Shown here piece by piece: positions 37,901 to 52,400 of a stretch of 64,000 bases of DNA. This DNA comes from Gracilinanus agilis (Eukaryota), in NCBI RefSeq assembly GCF_016433145.1, contig NC_058132.1, forward strand, positions 85,812,946-85,876,945, given 5' to 3'. The position numbers and the translations under genes are program-made. Under the pieces are notes generated by a model that made no database searches, was not told where the DNA came from, and saw only the letters and a list, made by a program, of their open reading frames with translations. Each line of letters begins with the position of its first letter. The first letter of the stretch is position 1.

Positions 37901-40900
37901 AGATCATGAACTCAGATTTCTATAGTCTTCAGTTTTCTGAAGTGCTTTGAGCCCTTAACCCTGTGAAGTGAATTGTAGAAATAGAATCATCCCCTTGCTC
38001 CAGATGAAAGGGCAGAGAAATCAATTGATTTAAAGTTATAGCAGTGTTATAGGGTTGAGGGATGGGATAATTAATGGTGTGACAATGGAAAACTGGCCTT
38101 GAGTGATAAAATGTCCATTTCTTGCTGACACTGGAATATATAACCCCGGACAAGTCACCTAACCTCTTTGATCCTGTTTCCTAATGTATAAAATGGGGAA
38201 GATAATAATGTTTTTGCACACAGAAAAACATTTTGTGAAACTAAAATTCTACATAAACACGAGGGTTTTTTTTTTTTAACGGGGATAGGGTTGAGGTTTA
38301 GTGGCAGAACAGAAAACTAGCAGAAATCAAACATCAGGATCTGTTGGCTAGAATAAGGGCCATTGTCATTAGAACTGGAGTATCTTGCAGAATTCTGGCA
38401 AAACTCTAGGGACTGAGGGGAAGTAGGAAGCTGATGGGGGTGGGGCCTGCCTCCAGCAGTGGGCCTCTGGTCAAATGGCCATAAAAGGAAATTCCCACAA
38501 GGTCTGGGGGTAGGAAGGCTACCCAAGCAAAGAGAGGAGGCAGGCCTGGGGTGGGGCAAGGGCTCTGGGAGGCCTGGGGACTGGCCAGCCTGAAGAGGAG
38601 AGGTGTGGTTGGGACTGAAGGGTTCGGGTCTTTTCCCAGGGGGGTGGAGCAAAGGCCCTGGCTAGTGCAGTTCTCCGGAAGCACTCCCCACCTCTAGCTT
38701 CTTTCAACTACAAATACAAGTTAATGAACCTGGAAGTTCTGAGACTGGCAGCCTATCTAAACCTTTAAAATGAGTCTAAACAACCAGCTTTTTAGCATTG
38801 GCTTCATGAATTTAAAGATAAGGAACTTATCACTTCCTATTGCATATTCTAAGCAATTCTAATTGCTTTTCCTTACATCAAACTTGATCCTTTTTTCACA
38901 TGACAACTCTTCCAAACCCCTCTGCCATGCAGACAAACCCTATAATAAATATTTAAGATAAGGTCCAACTAGGGCAAGGCAGAGGACTAGGCCCAGCTTC
39001 CCTATTCATCAATCTGCAAGGAGGTCATACCCTTAATCTCATCATCACTCAGTAAAATTCACTTCTATGATTTGGAACACTGAAATTCCTCTATGTTACC
39101 CTAATATCCTATCCTATATTTCTCTGTGCCTTTAATTTATCAAAGTGAACTTCTAATCATTGTGTTGTTGAATGGTTCTGGAGGAAGTCCTGTAACTGCT
39201 GCTTAGTATTAATTTTTTATATTATCCCAATTGGGTCGGGTCTAACTGACTCTACTTAATTCCTTAAGTCCTGTATTTCCCTGGCTGGTGACCTAGTCTC
39301 TGAGAAAATGAGGTCATTTGTGTGTTCCACCATTTTCCCTTTTTCTACAACTCAGAAACCCCTTTTCATCCTTTTGTTCTAAGCTAACCCTTCTAGCTTG
39401 TATCCCCTCCACTCCCTTACCCATTTATCTTTCCCTATCCCAACTCTTTAATCTTTCCTTATCTGGTTCATTCTTCCCCAGTATCTACAAAAATTATCCT
39501 TACCTAAATAAACATTCAGCTATGGCATTGGCTTGAGTGATCATTATTTCTCTTTCCTCCTTTTCATAATAAAACTCTAAAAAGTCATCTATACTCAATT
39601 CCTCTAAATTTCTCTCTTCAACTCATTCCAGAATGGCTTCTGATCCCACCACTAGACTGAAAATGTTCTCTCCAAGGTTACTAGAGATTCCTTAATTACT
39701 CAATCCAGTGGCCCTTCTGCAGTCATCATCTTTGATCACTCAAAAATGTTTGATGCTGTTGACCTTCCTCCTTAATATTTTCTCCTCCCTAGTTTCCTGA
39801 CATTTCTCTCTTGGTTCTGTGCCTGTATGTATTGCCATTATTTCTCAGTTTCCTTTGCTGAATCATCACCCAGGTTTGGCTGCCTAACCTCAGCTATTCC
39901 CCATAGCTTTGTCCTTGACCCTCTTTTCTTTCTCTAGATCCTTTCTTGGTGACTACATCATGTCCCACATGTTCAATTATCATCTTTTATACAGATGATA
40001 CCAAGATCATTATATCTAGACTTAATCTTTCTTCTGAGTTAAACTCAATCCTACATCACCAGCCATTTATTAGATGCTTCTAAGATGTTCCATAGGAATC
40101 TCAACCTAAACATGTCCAAAATGGAACTCTTCCCCAAACTCATTCACTTTGACTTCCTTATTTCTGTTCAGGATCTACCATCCTCTTAGTCATTTAGTTC
40201 AGACACTCTGGAGTCATTCTTGATTCTTCTCTCTCCCTCATCTACCATAGCAATCAATTTCCAAGTCTTTTAAGATTCTATATCCATAAACTCTCTCACA
40301 ACTGACTCCTCCTTTCCATTCACACAACCATCACCCTCCTTTAGGTCCTCTTGCCTACTACTGTAAAAGACTCCTAATTGGGTCTCTTTCATTCTATAGC
40401 TGCCAAACTGTTATTTCTAAAACTGGTGTGAATCTATCACTCCTCTGTTCAAGAAGTCTTTGTGATTCTGTTGGCTCTACTATATAAAATTCTTTTATTT
40501 GGTTTTTAAAACCTTCATCAATGATACTTCAGTATCCAGGCTGATTTCCCATTACTCCCCCTTGGGTACTTTATTTTCAGGCAAACTGTACTGTTTGTTG
40601 TTCTCTAAATTTGGCATATGATCTCTAGACTCTTATGCCCTTGCACATAGGTTTGTCTCCTTAGAACTGGGATGAACTTCTACCTCGCCTAGGCCTCCTA
40701 GAACTCCTGGCTTCTTTTCAGGCTTAGCTCAAGTGCTACTTGGAAAAAGAGACCATTCTTGATTACTCTCTAGTCATTAGTGTTAGTACCTTTTATATTT
40801 ACTTTGGATTAACATGTATACATGTTGTAGTTCCTCTTGCCCCCCCACAGAACATAAGCTCCTTGAAAGGAGAGATTGTTTTAATTTTATAACTGTACAG

Positions 40901-42074
40901 CCACTGCCCGGCACAGGATAAACTACTTAATACAATGTGTGTTGAATGAATGCCTCTGAAGGAGACCTGGGAAGCTGTTAGTATTTTTGGCTTCACTATC
41001 ACATTAATTCACATTTGACAGGTAATCCAATAAAACCTACAGATTTTGTCCCCAGGAATTTAGTTGCACATTCACAATCCCATTTTTGTGCAATTTTTAG
41101 CCGAAAACAAAGACTAGATGCTTGATCATTACTATGAAATTTCATCATATTAGATTTGGCCAAACAGAGCCGCAAAGAATGATTTTGGATCCTGACTCTG
41201 TTGTCTGGGGTTCTAGCTACCACTTCTAGTTTGCACTTGTCATCTGCAAATAGGATAGACATGCTGGGCCTCTACTCAGATCAATGATGAAAATGTTAAG
41301 CAGCACAAGTCAAAGACATGCTAGGTCATTCTACTGGAGACTTCCCTCCAAGCTGACAATGACAGTTCTCCTAGCCCCTCCATCACAATTTGATATCTTA
41401 TAGACAGCAAGAGAAACTATCATATGCTATACTGAAGTCCATTTGTACTCATCTACCACTATAGCAATTCTGGCAAAAGGGGATATATAGAATCATAGAT
41501 ATAAACCTTAGACATGAACATCTAGTCCATTGAGATCAGTATATGATCTCTTCTGAATTCCCTAGCACATTCATATTTTACTTTTCAAAGTTCTACATAT
41601 AGGGGGCTCATCTCCCTAACCGATCCACCTGAGGTCCTACTGGCAAGAATCAGGATCCTTATCTTAAACTGTACTAGGAACTCGGGTTCTGAAACTCTAT
41701 CCCAATGTTCTTACCAAACATACTATACTTCCAGTGTCTGTTCTCTATGGCCCACTTGTGGATGTCCTATCTATTTTTCTGCAGAACAAAAAACTCCATC
41801 TAACATCATCAGTCTCCTCCTTATGCCCCAGTCTTAGGAGAAGTTATGGTCACAGAAGCTAGAATCTACATGCAGGCAAAGGAGCAGAAGGGCTGAGGAC
41901 TAGATACCCATTATAATGCTAAGGTTTCCTTGAGCCTTGCCCTGCCCACCCACATCTCCCCCGATTTCTCCTGAAATCACCTCACCCTTGATTCAAGTCA
42001 TTTTCTGTGTTGTCCAGCCACAAACGCACAGCCACAGCATTGCCCTCTCGGCACTGGGTGAAAATGTCATCCAT
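34995..42074 (-). CDS. ILK: Integrin-linked (pseudo)kinase, 12 coding exons, 452 aa
   Basis: Minus-strand exons 41986-42074, 37720-37885, 37442-37537, 37201-37297, 37000-37083, 36677-36762, 36167-36276, 35960-36087, 35670-35791, 35475-35574, 35243-35373, 34995-35144; total 1359 nt. [30 protein letters not shown] start, ankyrin repeats, [24 protein letters not shown], ...PILEKMQDK*. Confidence 0.98.
39540..40800 (+). mobile_element. L2 LINE remnant in ILK intron
   Basis: L2-like CT-rich RT/3' region (catgtccaaaatggaactc; final tgtgtgttgaatgaatg tail near 40930). Approximate. Confidence 0.55.
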
Positions 42075-43183
42075 GATGGCAGCTCCTTGGGGCCCTACAT
42101 CAAGAACACAAAGAGAAAGTCACTAATCAACATGGGCAAAAGTTATCAGGGTTTACCCCCCAAAAGAAGGACTCCTCGTTATCCTCCTAATCTGACCTCC
42201 CACATTCGATCCTGGCTGGTTATCCCCCCAAGTCCTCTACTCTAGGTTGTGGATCATCGTCCTTGCCCCTTTCAATACCCCCAGGAGCAGATGGAGAGTG
42301 TGAAGGTTACAAAGAACCTCGAACTGGTTAGTCACCCTTCTCTTGGGATATTGTATACTGGTTGATAACTCTCCCTCCCCCTCCTCACCCTCCAGACAGA
42401 CATTCCCCCTTTTCAGGCAGCCCCCCTCCCAACTCTAAGTACCTGGATTCGAGGTAAAGTCACCCAAGAGACCCCAGAGTGAACGCTTTTATGTGTCTTC
42501 CCCACCCCCTCTTTAATTCCCTGCACTTATCTCCAAATAAGAGCCGCCCCCAGTGGAAAGCTAAGCCCCGACACCAAGTCCTCCCGGGCTCTGCCAGCAG
42601 AGCGCGACCCGGAGTGTCGGTCACTGGAGGGCTCCACGCAAGAAGTTTGCCCCCCAGGGGATAAATTCTCTTTTGGCACAGCAACTCACCCAACAGTTAA
42701 CTAAGAAGCTAAGCGCTCTGCGTGGGTGTCGGGAGTACCCACACAGGAAAAACCACTACTCCAACCATATTCGGTAGGGGAGGAAACCCCCCAGCAGCAA
42801 AAACAAAACACAGCAGAGCCAGGCCCGGGAGTAGATATACCTTTCCCCCCCCCTCCCCCCCGCAACCCCCTCCTCCCAGGCAGGCGGGGCGGGGGAGGAG
42901 CGGGGGAGCCTTCGGCTGCAGACTGCCCGGGGTCTCCCTGAACAGTAGCGGGACCCGGAGCCCAGGAAGGGTCGAGATCCGCCCGGGATCACAAAACTCC
43001 CCGGCGGCAGCACTGGGGCTAGACCCAGGACTCCGCCCGCCCTCTCTCCAGGCCCGGGGAGCACGAACAGCTTTGGGCGGCTCTCTTCCACCCTCTGACC
43101 TCAGTTTCCAACTCCATAAAATGGGCTCCTGGCCCCGCCCCCACCCCCCTCAACGGAGAGTCCAGGTCAGCAGAACGCCTTAC

Positions 43184-43310
43184 CCAGGCTCCAGGCGCCA
43201 GGTACAGTCTCTGTCGCCGCCGGCTCCGGGTACTGCCTCCTCCGCCAGCCCAGCCACACCCGCCTCGGAGCCCGACCTCGGCCTGGCCCCGCCCTTCGCC
43301 TCGCCGCGCC
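43184..43310 (-). other. ILK: Putative non-coding first exon of ILK (5' end approximate)
   Basis: Minus-strand donor G|GTAAGG at 43184/43183 inside the CpG island, plus a minus-strand acceptor (tgatgtag) at 42095 that leaves 20 nt of UTR before the ATG. The TSS cannot be read from sequence. Confidence 0.55.
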
Positions 43311-43448
43311 GCCGCTCTGGGCACGCATAGCCTCCTCTCGCTGGTCCCGAGAGGGGCGGAGCAGCCGCTCTGGGCGCGCAAAACCTACTCTCGCTGGTCT
43401 CCGGTCAGTAGAAGTTGCTGTGGCGACGCACGTGGTCCCGGATCCCCC
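43184..43448. promoter_or_regulatory. ILK/RRP8 bidirectional CpG-island promoter
   Basis: Head-to-head genes; GC boxes; X-box-like GTTGCTGTGGCGAC 43414-43427; E-box CACGTG 43429-43434; 36-bp direct repeat. Confidence 0.75.
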
Positions 43449-46400
43449 ATGTTCGAGGAGCCCGAGTGGGCCGAGGAGCCCCACGCCCCAGCCACCCGCC
43501 CTCCCCCTATCTCGCGCGCCCGGAGTGGGTCGGCGCCGCGCGCCAAGGTGAGCGTTTACGTGGAGCTATAGCGTGACACCCTCCCTCTTGTCCTGGGCCC
43601 CAGGGTTCGCAGGACCCCATGTGCGTGTGACTCGCTCCCGCTGTTGGCGTGACACCCCGCCTGGCTGTCGTGGGCCCCAGAGTTCACAGGGCTCTCGTGT
43701 ACGTGGGTCCGAGGGACTCGCCCCACTGTTCTCCGGAGACTCCGGATGTTCGGCCGGAGTATGAAGCGCGTTCCTCGGAGGCTGCTCTATCTAGTTCATC
43801 TCTGCCTACATCTATTCCGCGTCCCCGGGCTGCCGGGGCCGGTCCAGGGGGCCTCGGCCGAGCTAGATGGAGGGAGGAGGATAGCGTCTCTTCACATCTG
43901 GGTTCGGGCCTTGCCATCCATCTCTAACATAGAAGCTAACCATTGGCAGAGGTTCTCCGATATGTGGGGAGATACAAATGACTGCTCCTGCCTGGAATGA
44001 ACATTTTGCTGGAAGAGGCAGGGGTGAAACGAGAGAAGCATCCTAGAGAACGTAACTAGTGAGCTAAGCCTTAAGGTAAGAGAAGGAAGCTGCCCTAGAG
44101 TTCAGTAGGAGGAAGGAGTGCATTCTTACTCTGGGGTAGAGCTTGTGCTATGTGTTAATTCACTGAAGCAGGAAAGAGAAGACAGATACGACCACGACGC
44201 CAGTTTGACTGAAATGCAGTGTGTGTAAAGTGGGGTGAAATAAGGCTGTTTAAGATAGGTTGGAGTCAGATTGGTGGTGACTTTAGATGCTATGCTGAGA
44301 TGTTTGAATTTTATTCTAGAGGCAATAGAGAACCAAAGATTTTCGCCCAGCAAAGTGAGAGACAGGAAATATTTTGCCAGCTGTGTGGAAAATGAATGAG
44401 AAAAGAGAGACTTGGAGGCATATTTGTGAGGTTTTACAGTAGTCCAAGGGAGCAATGATGAGAACCTGAATTAGGTAGTGGTCCTTAGAGCAGACATGAC
44501 AGTTAATAGTCATGGAATATGATGAAATCACCTAGGGTTGTCAACATCCCTCCTCTATTTTTGAGTTTGGGAACTGTTCTTTTTGGTTTCAAGAAATATG
44601 GATAAATTTTTAATTAAATGACATCATGGTATATGGAGTATTTGGCCTATTTGAAAATTCTTGTCTGTGACAGAATAAAGAGAAAAGAGAAGTGGACCTA
44701 GGAATAAAGGGGACAATTATAGCCATGGGGCTGATGAAGTTGCCTAGGGAGAAAGTGTAGAAAGAGAAAGATTTGAGGGGCACTTATGGTTAGAGGACAA
44801 GACCTGGATCTTGGGGGTCTGGGGTGAAGGGCTGATTAGTAAGAGGAAATTAATGAGTACTATCCAGGAGTGGTAGACTTGACTAAGGAAGGTCTGAGGT
44901 TAAGGAAGACTGAGAAAAGGCAGCTAGGAGCTTTGAGGGGATAGTTTCAGAACTACTGAAAATGTAGGGTTTCCCAGAAAAGGAAGATGTAACTGGTAAG
45001 GAAGTAGAGGCAGTGAACGTAGTGGCATTGAAGAGATATAGAGAAGGTATTCATTTTAAATCAAGGTTTTATTTTAAAGATGGGAGGAGACTGGAACAGA
45101 TTTGCTGGCTAAGGGCAAGGCTCCAGGAGAAAGAGGGCAGGGGAAATTAAATAATCTCCCAGGCTTAGGTAAAGGGGCTGGCTTTGGAGAAAAGAAGCTG
45201 AAGGAGCACACGAGTTATGGATTCAGTAATAGTAAAGTCATGTCCTGAAGGAGTGGAAATTAGGAGCCTGGAAAGGTTTGGAATGACCACTCTGGATGTT
45301 GTGACAAAAAGAGTCAAATGAGGAAAGGAATAGAGACTAGCCTGTCGATATCATTAGAATCGGGAACTCCAAGGGAAAGAAACTCCCTCGACCAATGCAT
45401 ATTATACCTTCTTTGCTGCAGTTTTAGAAAGTTTCCTAGAGTATTGAAAGGTTAGAACTTGCCCAGGATCACCAAACCACTATGTCTCAGAGGTAGGAAT
45501 TGAACCCAGGTCTCTTCTGGCTTCCAGGCTTGCTCTCTGTTCACTCTGCCTGCTGCCTCTCACAGTAAAACATTGCCATGCCCATTAGAGGTGAGATCTC
45601 CACCATCATTTTGACAGCTCAGTAATAGAAGGGCAAAAGGTGGGTTGTAGAGATGACTCAGATTTGTAGGAACAACAGAAAGACACAGGGTCCAAAAGGA
45701 GACCATGATTCGTAGAATGGACTTGGGCTCTGGAGTCATGATTATGAAGGAAGGGAAATGAGGTGAGTAAAAGTAGGAATGGTCCTGGAAAAAAAACAGA
45801 GGGATTGAGGTTCTGGAGATTGTGCAAAAGTAGAAGATTAGGAGATCTGATATGAGGACCCACAAGTCCAAGACTGGCAAGATTACATCAGGCCCAAGGA
45901 AAGGGGCAAATTAGTGCTAAAAGATCTGCAGTGGGGCTGGAGACAGCTTGGAAAGATAGGGAAAGGCTTCCTGAAAGAGGATGCAGGTACTTGAACTTGG
46001 CTTTGAAGAATGACTAGGAAAGCAGCAGGTTAACAGTGAGCTGGGCAGGATGGTTATGACAACAGGCATTTCAGACTTAAGAGAAAGGTATGGGTACTAC
46101 CACCTGGGACATGTACAAAGCATATATCTGGCTGGAATATAATAATCACAATTTATATATCTGTAGTGCTGTAATGTTTACAAAGTACTTTCTTCCAATA
46201 GCCCTTTGCAAGCCTTTCTGTCCTCATTTTATAGATAAGGAAACAAACTCAAAAGGAAGGCAACCTGGTGGAGGAGAGTGAACAGTGAGTTTTGAAGCCA
46301 AAGCACCCGAGTTTGAATCTCAGCTTTGGAATTTCTTGCCTGTATGTAATGTGGGCCAGGATGCATCCCCTCTGTGAGCCTCAGTTTCTCTTCTGTAAAA

Positions 46401-49400
46401 TGAGGACAGTGGACATAGAACCTTATTCAAATCCTGCTTCTGTCTCCTAAGTTTGTGACCTCAGGCAAGTCACTAAGCCTCTCTAAGTCTCAGTTTCCCT
46501 ATCTTTAAAATCAGAGGACTAAACTAGACGGCCTGAGGTCCTTTTCAATTCTAAATCCACCATCCTCTGATTAGATGATGTCCAAAGAGTACTGTAGCTC
46601 TTGAACCATAATTCTGTGCCTGAGTCAGGGAAGAGGAAGTACTCATCCCTTCATGTCTCAGAACCATACTCATGTATGGAAAGTGTCATCAGCTCTAACC
46701 CACTGTTACTTTTTTTTTAAATTAAGGACTTTTTGAAGAACTTTATTAAGAACTTGTGTTCTAACAAAAAGAACCATGAGAAATGTATATGAAACAACAA
46801 ACTTAAGTATAGTTCTTTTTGATGTTATATATTCAGTGTTTTTAATGTTTCATTGATTCCAAGCCTGAGATCTCCCCAGACATGTTTCATATGATTTCCC
46901 CGCACACACTGTACATTCTGGCCAAACTGACCTGCTTTCTGTTACTTCTGCCTAGCATTCCATCTCCTACCTCTCTCTTGGCACAAGCTGCCTGCCTGAG
47001 TGCCTGAGATGTTTTTCCCCCTTGCCTCCATTTTTAGAAGCTCCTCTTAAGTGCCAGCTCCTTCCTGAAGCTTTTCTGGATCCAACCTCCCCCCTTCCTA
47101 GTTGTTAGTACTTCCACTTAAAAGATAACTTTGTATATACTTACCTTGTAAGTTGTATCCTTGTCCCCGTCTCACTCCCTAGGAGGATATAACCTTCTCA
47201 ATGGCAGGTGATCATTTCATTTTTTGTCTTTGTATCTCTGTTGATGACTGCAGGGCCCTGTACATAGTACGAGTTTGATAAATTATTCTTGTCAACCTGA
47301 ATCAGCAAGTATGGTCCCCAGTTTCTAGGGCTCCTACTTTTCTCAGTGGGAGCTGAGATAGACCAGGGCTAAGAGATGGGCAGTGGGCACAGGTGTTCCC
47401 CATTACACAATGGGAAGCTGATTTCCTTCTGTCCGTGAAGTCTTTGTCTTTTCCCCAGGGCCTTCACCGTCAAAGTCTTCAGGCTACACTACAGGCACTA
47501 CAGGCTGAGGCATTTTCATATCAGCTCATTAACCAAGGGGACAATGGCTCTGACTCAGAATCTGATTCTGGGGAGAAGAAGAGAAAAAAGAGGAAGAAGA
47601 CTCCCAAAAAGGCTCCACTTATGGAGGAAAACTCAAAGTTAATAGTCCAAGGAATAAAATCCAAGAAAGAGGAAAGCAAAGGTAAAGGGGCGTTTCCCAA
47701 TTAATCATTCATTCTTTCCTTTTCATTCCAGTAGTAATAATGGCACTATAATGGATCTGGGGCTTTATCAATATGAGTACTTCCTCCAGGTTGTACTCCA
47801 TTCATCTTCTCATCCTTTATGATGCACATATATGTTTTCTCATCAGTTTTTCAGAGAGGATCTACTCGGTGCATTGGAGGCCTTTCTCCAAAAGTTCACC
47901 CTATTGGCATTAAGTGGGGTATGGCGTCAAGCAATAAGAGAGTCATCTTGTCTTTGGCCTCTGCCCTGATCAGACTTCATTTAGAGTGTTATTATCAGGT
48001 CTGGGCACCATAATGTAAAAAGGACAGAAAAAGCTGGCAACGAGGAGAGTGGAGTGTCTTAAGACCATGCCAGATGAGGATACGTTTGAAGGAAATAGAG
48101 ATATTTATCCTGAAGAAGATAAAAGCAAGAAAGGTACATTGGTAGTCTTCTGAGTGGTTAGATTTGTCATTTAACCCCATAGGGTACAATCAGGAGTGGT
48201 TGGTGGAAGCTGATGAGAAGCAAATTTTCTAGTGGCTGGTTTGAGGAAAGTGCTTTAGGGATAATTAATTGTTATTGCTGTGAGTGCCTGACCCCTTCCC
48301 CTCCCCGACAGCAATAGTTTTTTCCCAAGCTCCAACCATTCATTCACCCCTAGAATTGCCCCATCAGCCCTCCAAAATTTTACCCCCTGCAGGCTCTGGA
48401 GTCCCAAAGAGTGGTGACCTGACCCCTGTGCTTCCCCAGAAAGACTCGGGCCTCCAGAGACCCACCCTTGGCCCAATGGAAGATGGGAGTGACACAGGGC
48501 CAAGGCTAAGCCGAAAACAATGGAGAAACCGTCAGAAAAACAAAAGGAGACAGAAGAATAAGTTTCTGCCCCCAAAGCCACTGGGTGCTCCAACTCCTGA
48601 GGAGGAGGAGACCCGCCCTGCACAGACAGGAGAGTGTGAGCCAGAGTTGGGAGCAGGGGAGCCAGGGGCATCTTTGGACCGTGGTGGGGTACTGCGGGCA
48701 AAGATGAAGCAGCGGCTTGAGGGAGCTCGTTTCCGCTTTCTCAATGAGCGGCTGTACTCTGTGACAAGCAGCACAGCAAGCCACATCTTTCAGGAAGACC
48801 CAGAAGCCTTTGAGCTCTACCATCGTGGCTTTCAGAACCAGCTAAAGCGATGGCCCCTGAAGCCTGTGGATCGAATTGTGAAGGACTTGAAACAGCGGTG
48901 AGCAAGGGAGGGACCCGTGTAAAGAGGCAAAGGAGGGTGACACAGATGGGGAAGGAATGTTGGAGAGAAATGGCAGGGGGCTTGTGAGAAGTGGGGTCTG
49001 AACAGACAGGGTGTGGCAGATGATGGCAAAAAACTGGGGTGTTATGGGAGGAAAGAGCAGGCCTGTCACATGGCTAACATTAGATGGGGGATGTGGTCCA
49101 GGAGCAGGTCAAGCCCCAGGTGGCTAGGACTGTTACTCAGCTAGGCTTGTGGCTATTGCCTCTCTGCAGCCCAGCATCCCTGGTTGTGGCAGATTTTGGC
49201 TGTGGGGACTGTCGCCTTGCCTCCAGTGTCAAGAACACTGTTCACTGCTTTGACTTGGCTGCACTTGACCCCCGTGTCACCGTCTGTGACATGGCCCAGG
49301 TGAGATCCCAGTGCTGTGAATCTTTACTTCATCATCCAAATTCTCACCTTCTACTAGAAGGGTTCTCCTCCCCTCCCAAAGCCCTCAACTGTCTTTAGAA

Positions 49401-52400
49401 ACCTTCACTTTCCCATAAATATTTTCAGCTTCATATTAGGTGTCACTTTCCCATGTCATCCCTCACTGCATCCTATAAACCCTCACCTCATTGGAGAGTC
49501 ATGTACGGCTTTATTTAACCCAAGAGTTCTTGACTTTTCTACATAAACCCTCATATCACCCATGAAGTCTTTACCTGTCTCTGGAAAGCATCAGTTCCTT
49601 CCTTAGTTGTTTTTGTTTCCCTGGAAATCCTTCCATATATAAGATCTCATCTCTTGGGAGCCCCAATTTCTTTTCTTGAGGGAGTCGTGTTTCTGCTTGA
49701 GGTAATAAGGCCTAAGTCTAGCATTCTCTCCCCTCCAGGTGCCCCTCAAGGATGAGTCTGTGGACATTGCTGTTTTCTGCCTTTCGTTGATGGGAACAAA
49801 CCTGAGTGACTTTCTGAAGGAGGCAAACCGAGTACTGAAACCAGGGTATGAGGTTGACTAGGAGCTGGGGTTCTGCATGCAGAATAATTTTGCTTTATCT
49901 ACTTCTCCCACTACATCCCACTCAGCCTTTCAGACTCTGACACAGCTCCCTCCATCATATATCATCCTGGCATCTAGTTCTCCCTGTACCTGAGCAGAAA
50001 TCTCCTCTTTACTGTTTCCTATATCTTCCTCTTGAATGGATCCTTGAGGCTGCCCTTTACATGTTTAGAAAGTGCTAGTTTCTAGAAAATGCTTTATTCC
50101 CTGAAAGAAGTCTAATCTCTGGCATTTCAGCTTCTACTTACTGCTTCTAGACCATACTTGAGGCTAAACAGAGCAAATCTGATCCCTTTTCTCCCTGATA
50201 GTCCTTCAAACATTTGAAGATAAGGATAATGTTCTTCTTCAAGTTAAACATTTCTGATTCTTTCTGCTGGTTATTTGTTGTTATTTCTAGTCCCCTCATT
50301 ATTCTGATCCCCCCTCCTCTGGATATATGTCAGTGAGCATATCAATGGCCTTCCTAAATTGTGTCACCTGAAAATGAACACATTAAAGTTGTGATCTAAT
50401 TAGTGCCCATCTGGACATTATCATAGTAATATAGATTTAGAATCAAGGACTGTAGAGAGGATCAAATTCAACCTTTTCTTTTTTATAGATAAGGGAATTA
50501 CCATGCCTTTTTTTTTTATTATTTGAAAATTTTTATTTAAGTAAGAGTATTTTTCCATGGTTACATGATTCATGTTCTTTCCCTCTCCTCTTCCCTCCCC
50601 CTCTCCTGTAGCCAACAAGCAGTTCCACTGGGTTTTACATGTGTCATTGATCAAGACCTATTTCCATATTATTAATATTTGCATTAGGGCGATTGCTTAG
50701 TCTACATCCCATCATGTCCCTATTGACCCCTGTGATCAAGCAGTTGTTTTTCTTGTTTCTACTTCCATAGTTCTTTCTCTGGGTGTGGATAGTGTTCTCT
50801 TTTTCATAAGTTCCTCAGAATTGTCCTGGATCATTTTTGCATTGCTCCTAGTAGAGAAGTTCATTACATTCAATTGTGCCACAGTGTATCAGTCTCTGTG
50901 TACAATGTTCTCCTGGTTCTGCTCCTTTCACTCTGCAACAAGTCCTGGAGGTCATTCCAGTTCACATGGAATCCCTCCAGTTCATGATTCCTTTGAGCAC
51001 AATAGTATTCCATGACCAACAGATACCACAATTTTTTTAGCCATTCCCCAATCGATGGACACCCCCTCATTTTCCAATTTTTTGCCACCACAAAGATCGT
51101 GGCTATAAATATTTTTGTACAAGTCTTTTTTTTCCCCTTATTATCTTCTTGGTTACATGCCTTTTTTTTAAAACCTTTACCTTCCTTCGTGGAATCAATA
51201 CTGGGTATTGGTTCTAAGGCAGAAGAATGGTAAAGTACATGCCTTTCTTAATGGAACTTACCATCACATTAGCTTTCTTGCCCACCATGTTCCAGTGTTG
51301 ACTCACATTGAGCTAGAAAATCATTAAAATGCCAAGGTCTTTTTTGCATGATTTCTTATCTACATTTTGCTGGTCCTCTATTTATATGGTGGATTTTTTG
51401 AACTCTTGAATGCATTATTCTACATTTCTCTCTTTAAATCTCATCTTATTGGTTTCCAAACATTTTTCTAGTTGATTGAGGTCTTTTGGGATCCTAATTT
51501 AGTAATTCAATGTGTTGGCCATCTTTACTTTTTTCATGTCATATAAATGTGTTACTATGTCTTTTATCCTAACTGACAAACAACCTTTCCATTTAGGCTC
51601 AGCTGCAGTTTAGAAATCTGTTTTTTAACTTCTAGAGTCTTAAATTTAACTCGTCACTTCTCTCCAGGGTTCCCATCAATAATAATCAATAGTCAATAAA
51701 CATTTAAGTGCCTGCCATGTGCCAGGCATTATGCTCAGCACTAGGGACACATATACAAAAAATATAGGCCTTGCCCTCAGGGATCTTACAGTTTTAACAG
51801 GGAAAGACAACACACAGAAGAAAATGAAAAGCTGGGGTGCAGGAAGGGGAGACAGTACATAGCATGGGACTGTGGTGGAGAAGCCAAGAAGACCAAGTGA
51901 AGGCAGCTTTGTCTAAAAGAGATCATTTCTTAAGCAACCAGTTCTCATGGGTGAGAAGTGGATCCTCAGTGGCAGATGCCCTCACTGTCTCCTTTTAAAA
52001 GAGAAAGTACCCCGGGATATTGGAGATGACTTCCCATCCAGCTCTAAATCTTTGATGCTTAACATAAATCAGGAGTGTTTCAGCTTGGTTTTTTGGTGGA
52101 GAAAAAGCTCTAGCAGATCGTCAGTCTGATAGTTGAAATCCCATACCACTCATATATTATATCTTGTGCCAAGCCCATAAGCTCTTTGCCAGAGTGCTCT
52201 GATAACAGTATTGCTTCTGTTTCTTCCTTTGTTATTCTTCATGCAGGTGCTTTCCACCATGTTTCTCTGATGCAATTTCTTAATTTGTGGTCATGATCAT
52301 ATAGAATGATAATTCACACATACAGACTCATCTATTTAGTTCATTTGAACATTCCCCTATCTTGTACTCCTCTGTTCTTTCCAGCCCTGTCCTAACTACC

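Noticed and set aside
48211-48301. Possible C/D-box snoRNA (TGATGA ... CTGA) overlapping the duplicated segment
   Set aside because: The C box lies in L3-derived sequence outside the 142-bp shared block, the TPP1 copy lacks an intact C box, and the similarity extends ~70 nt beyond the CTGA. A snoscan/Infernal search would settle it.
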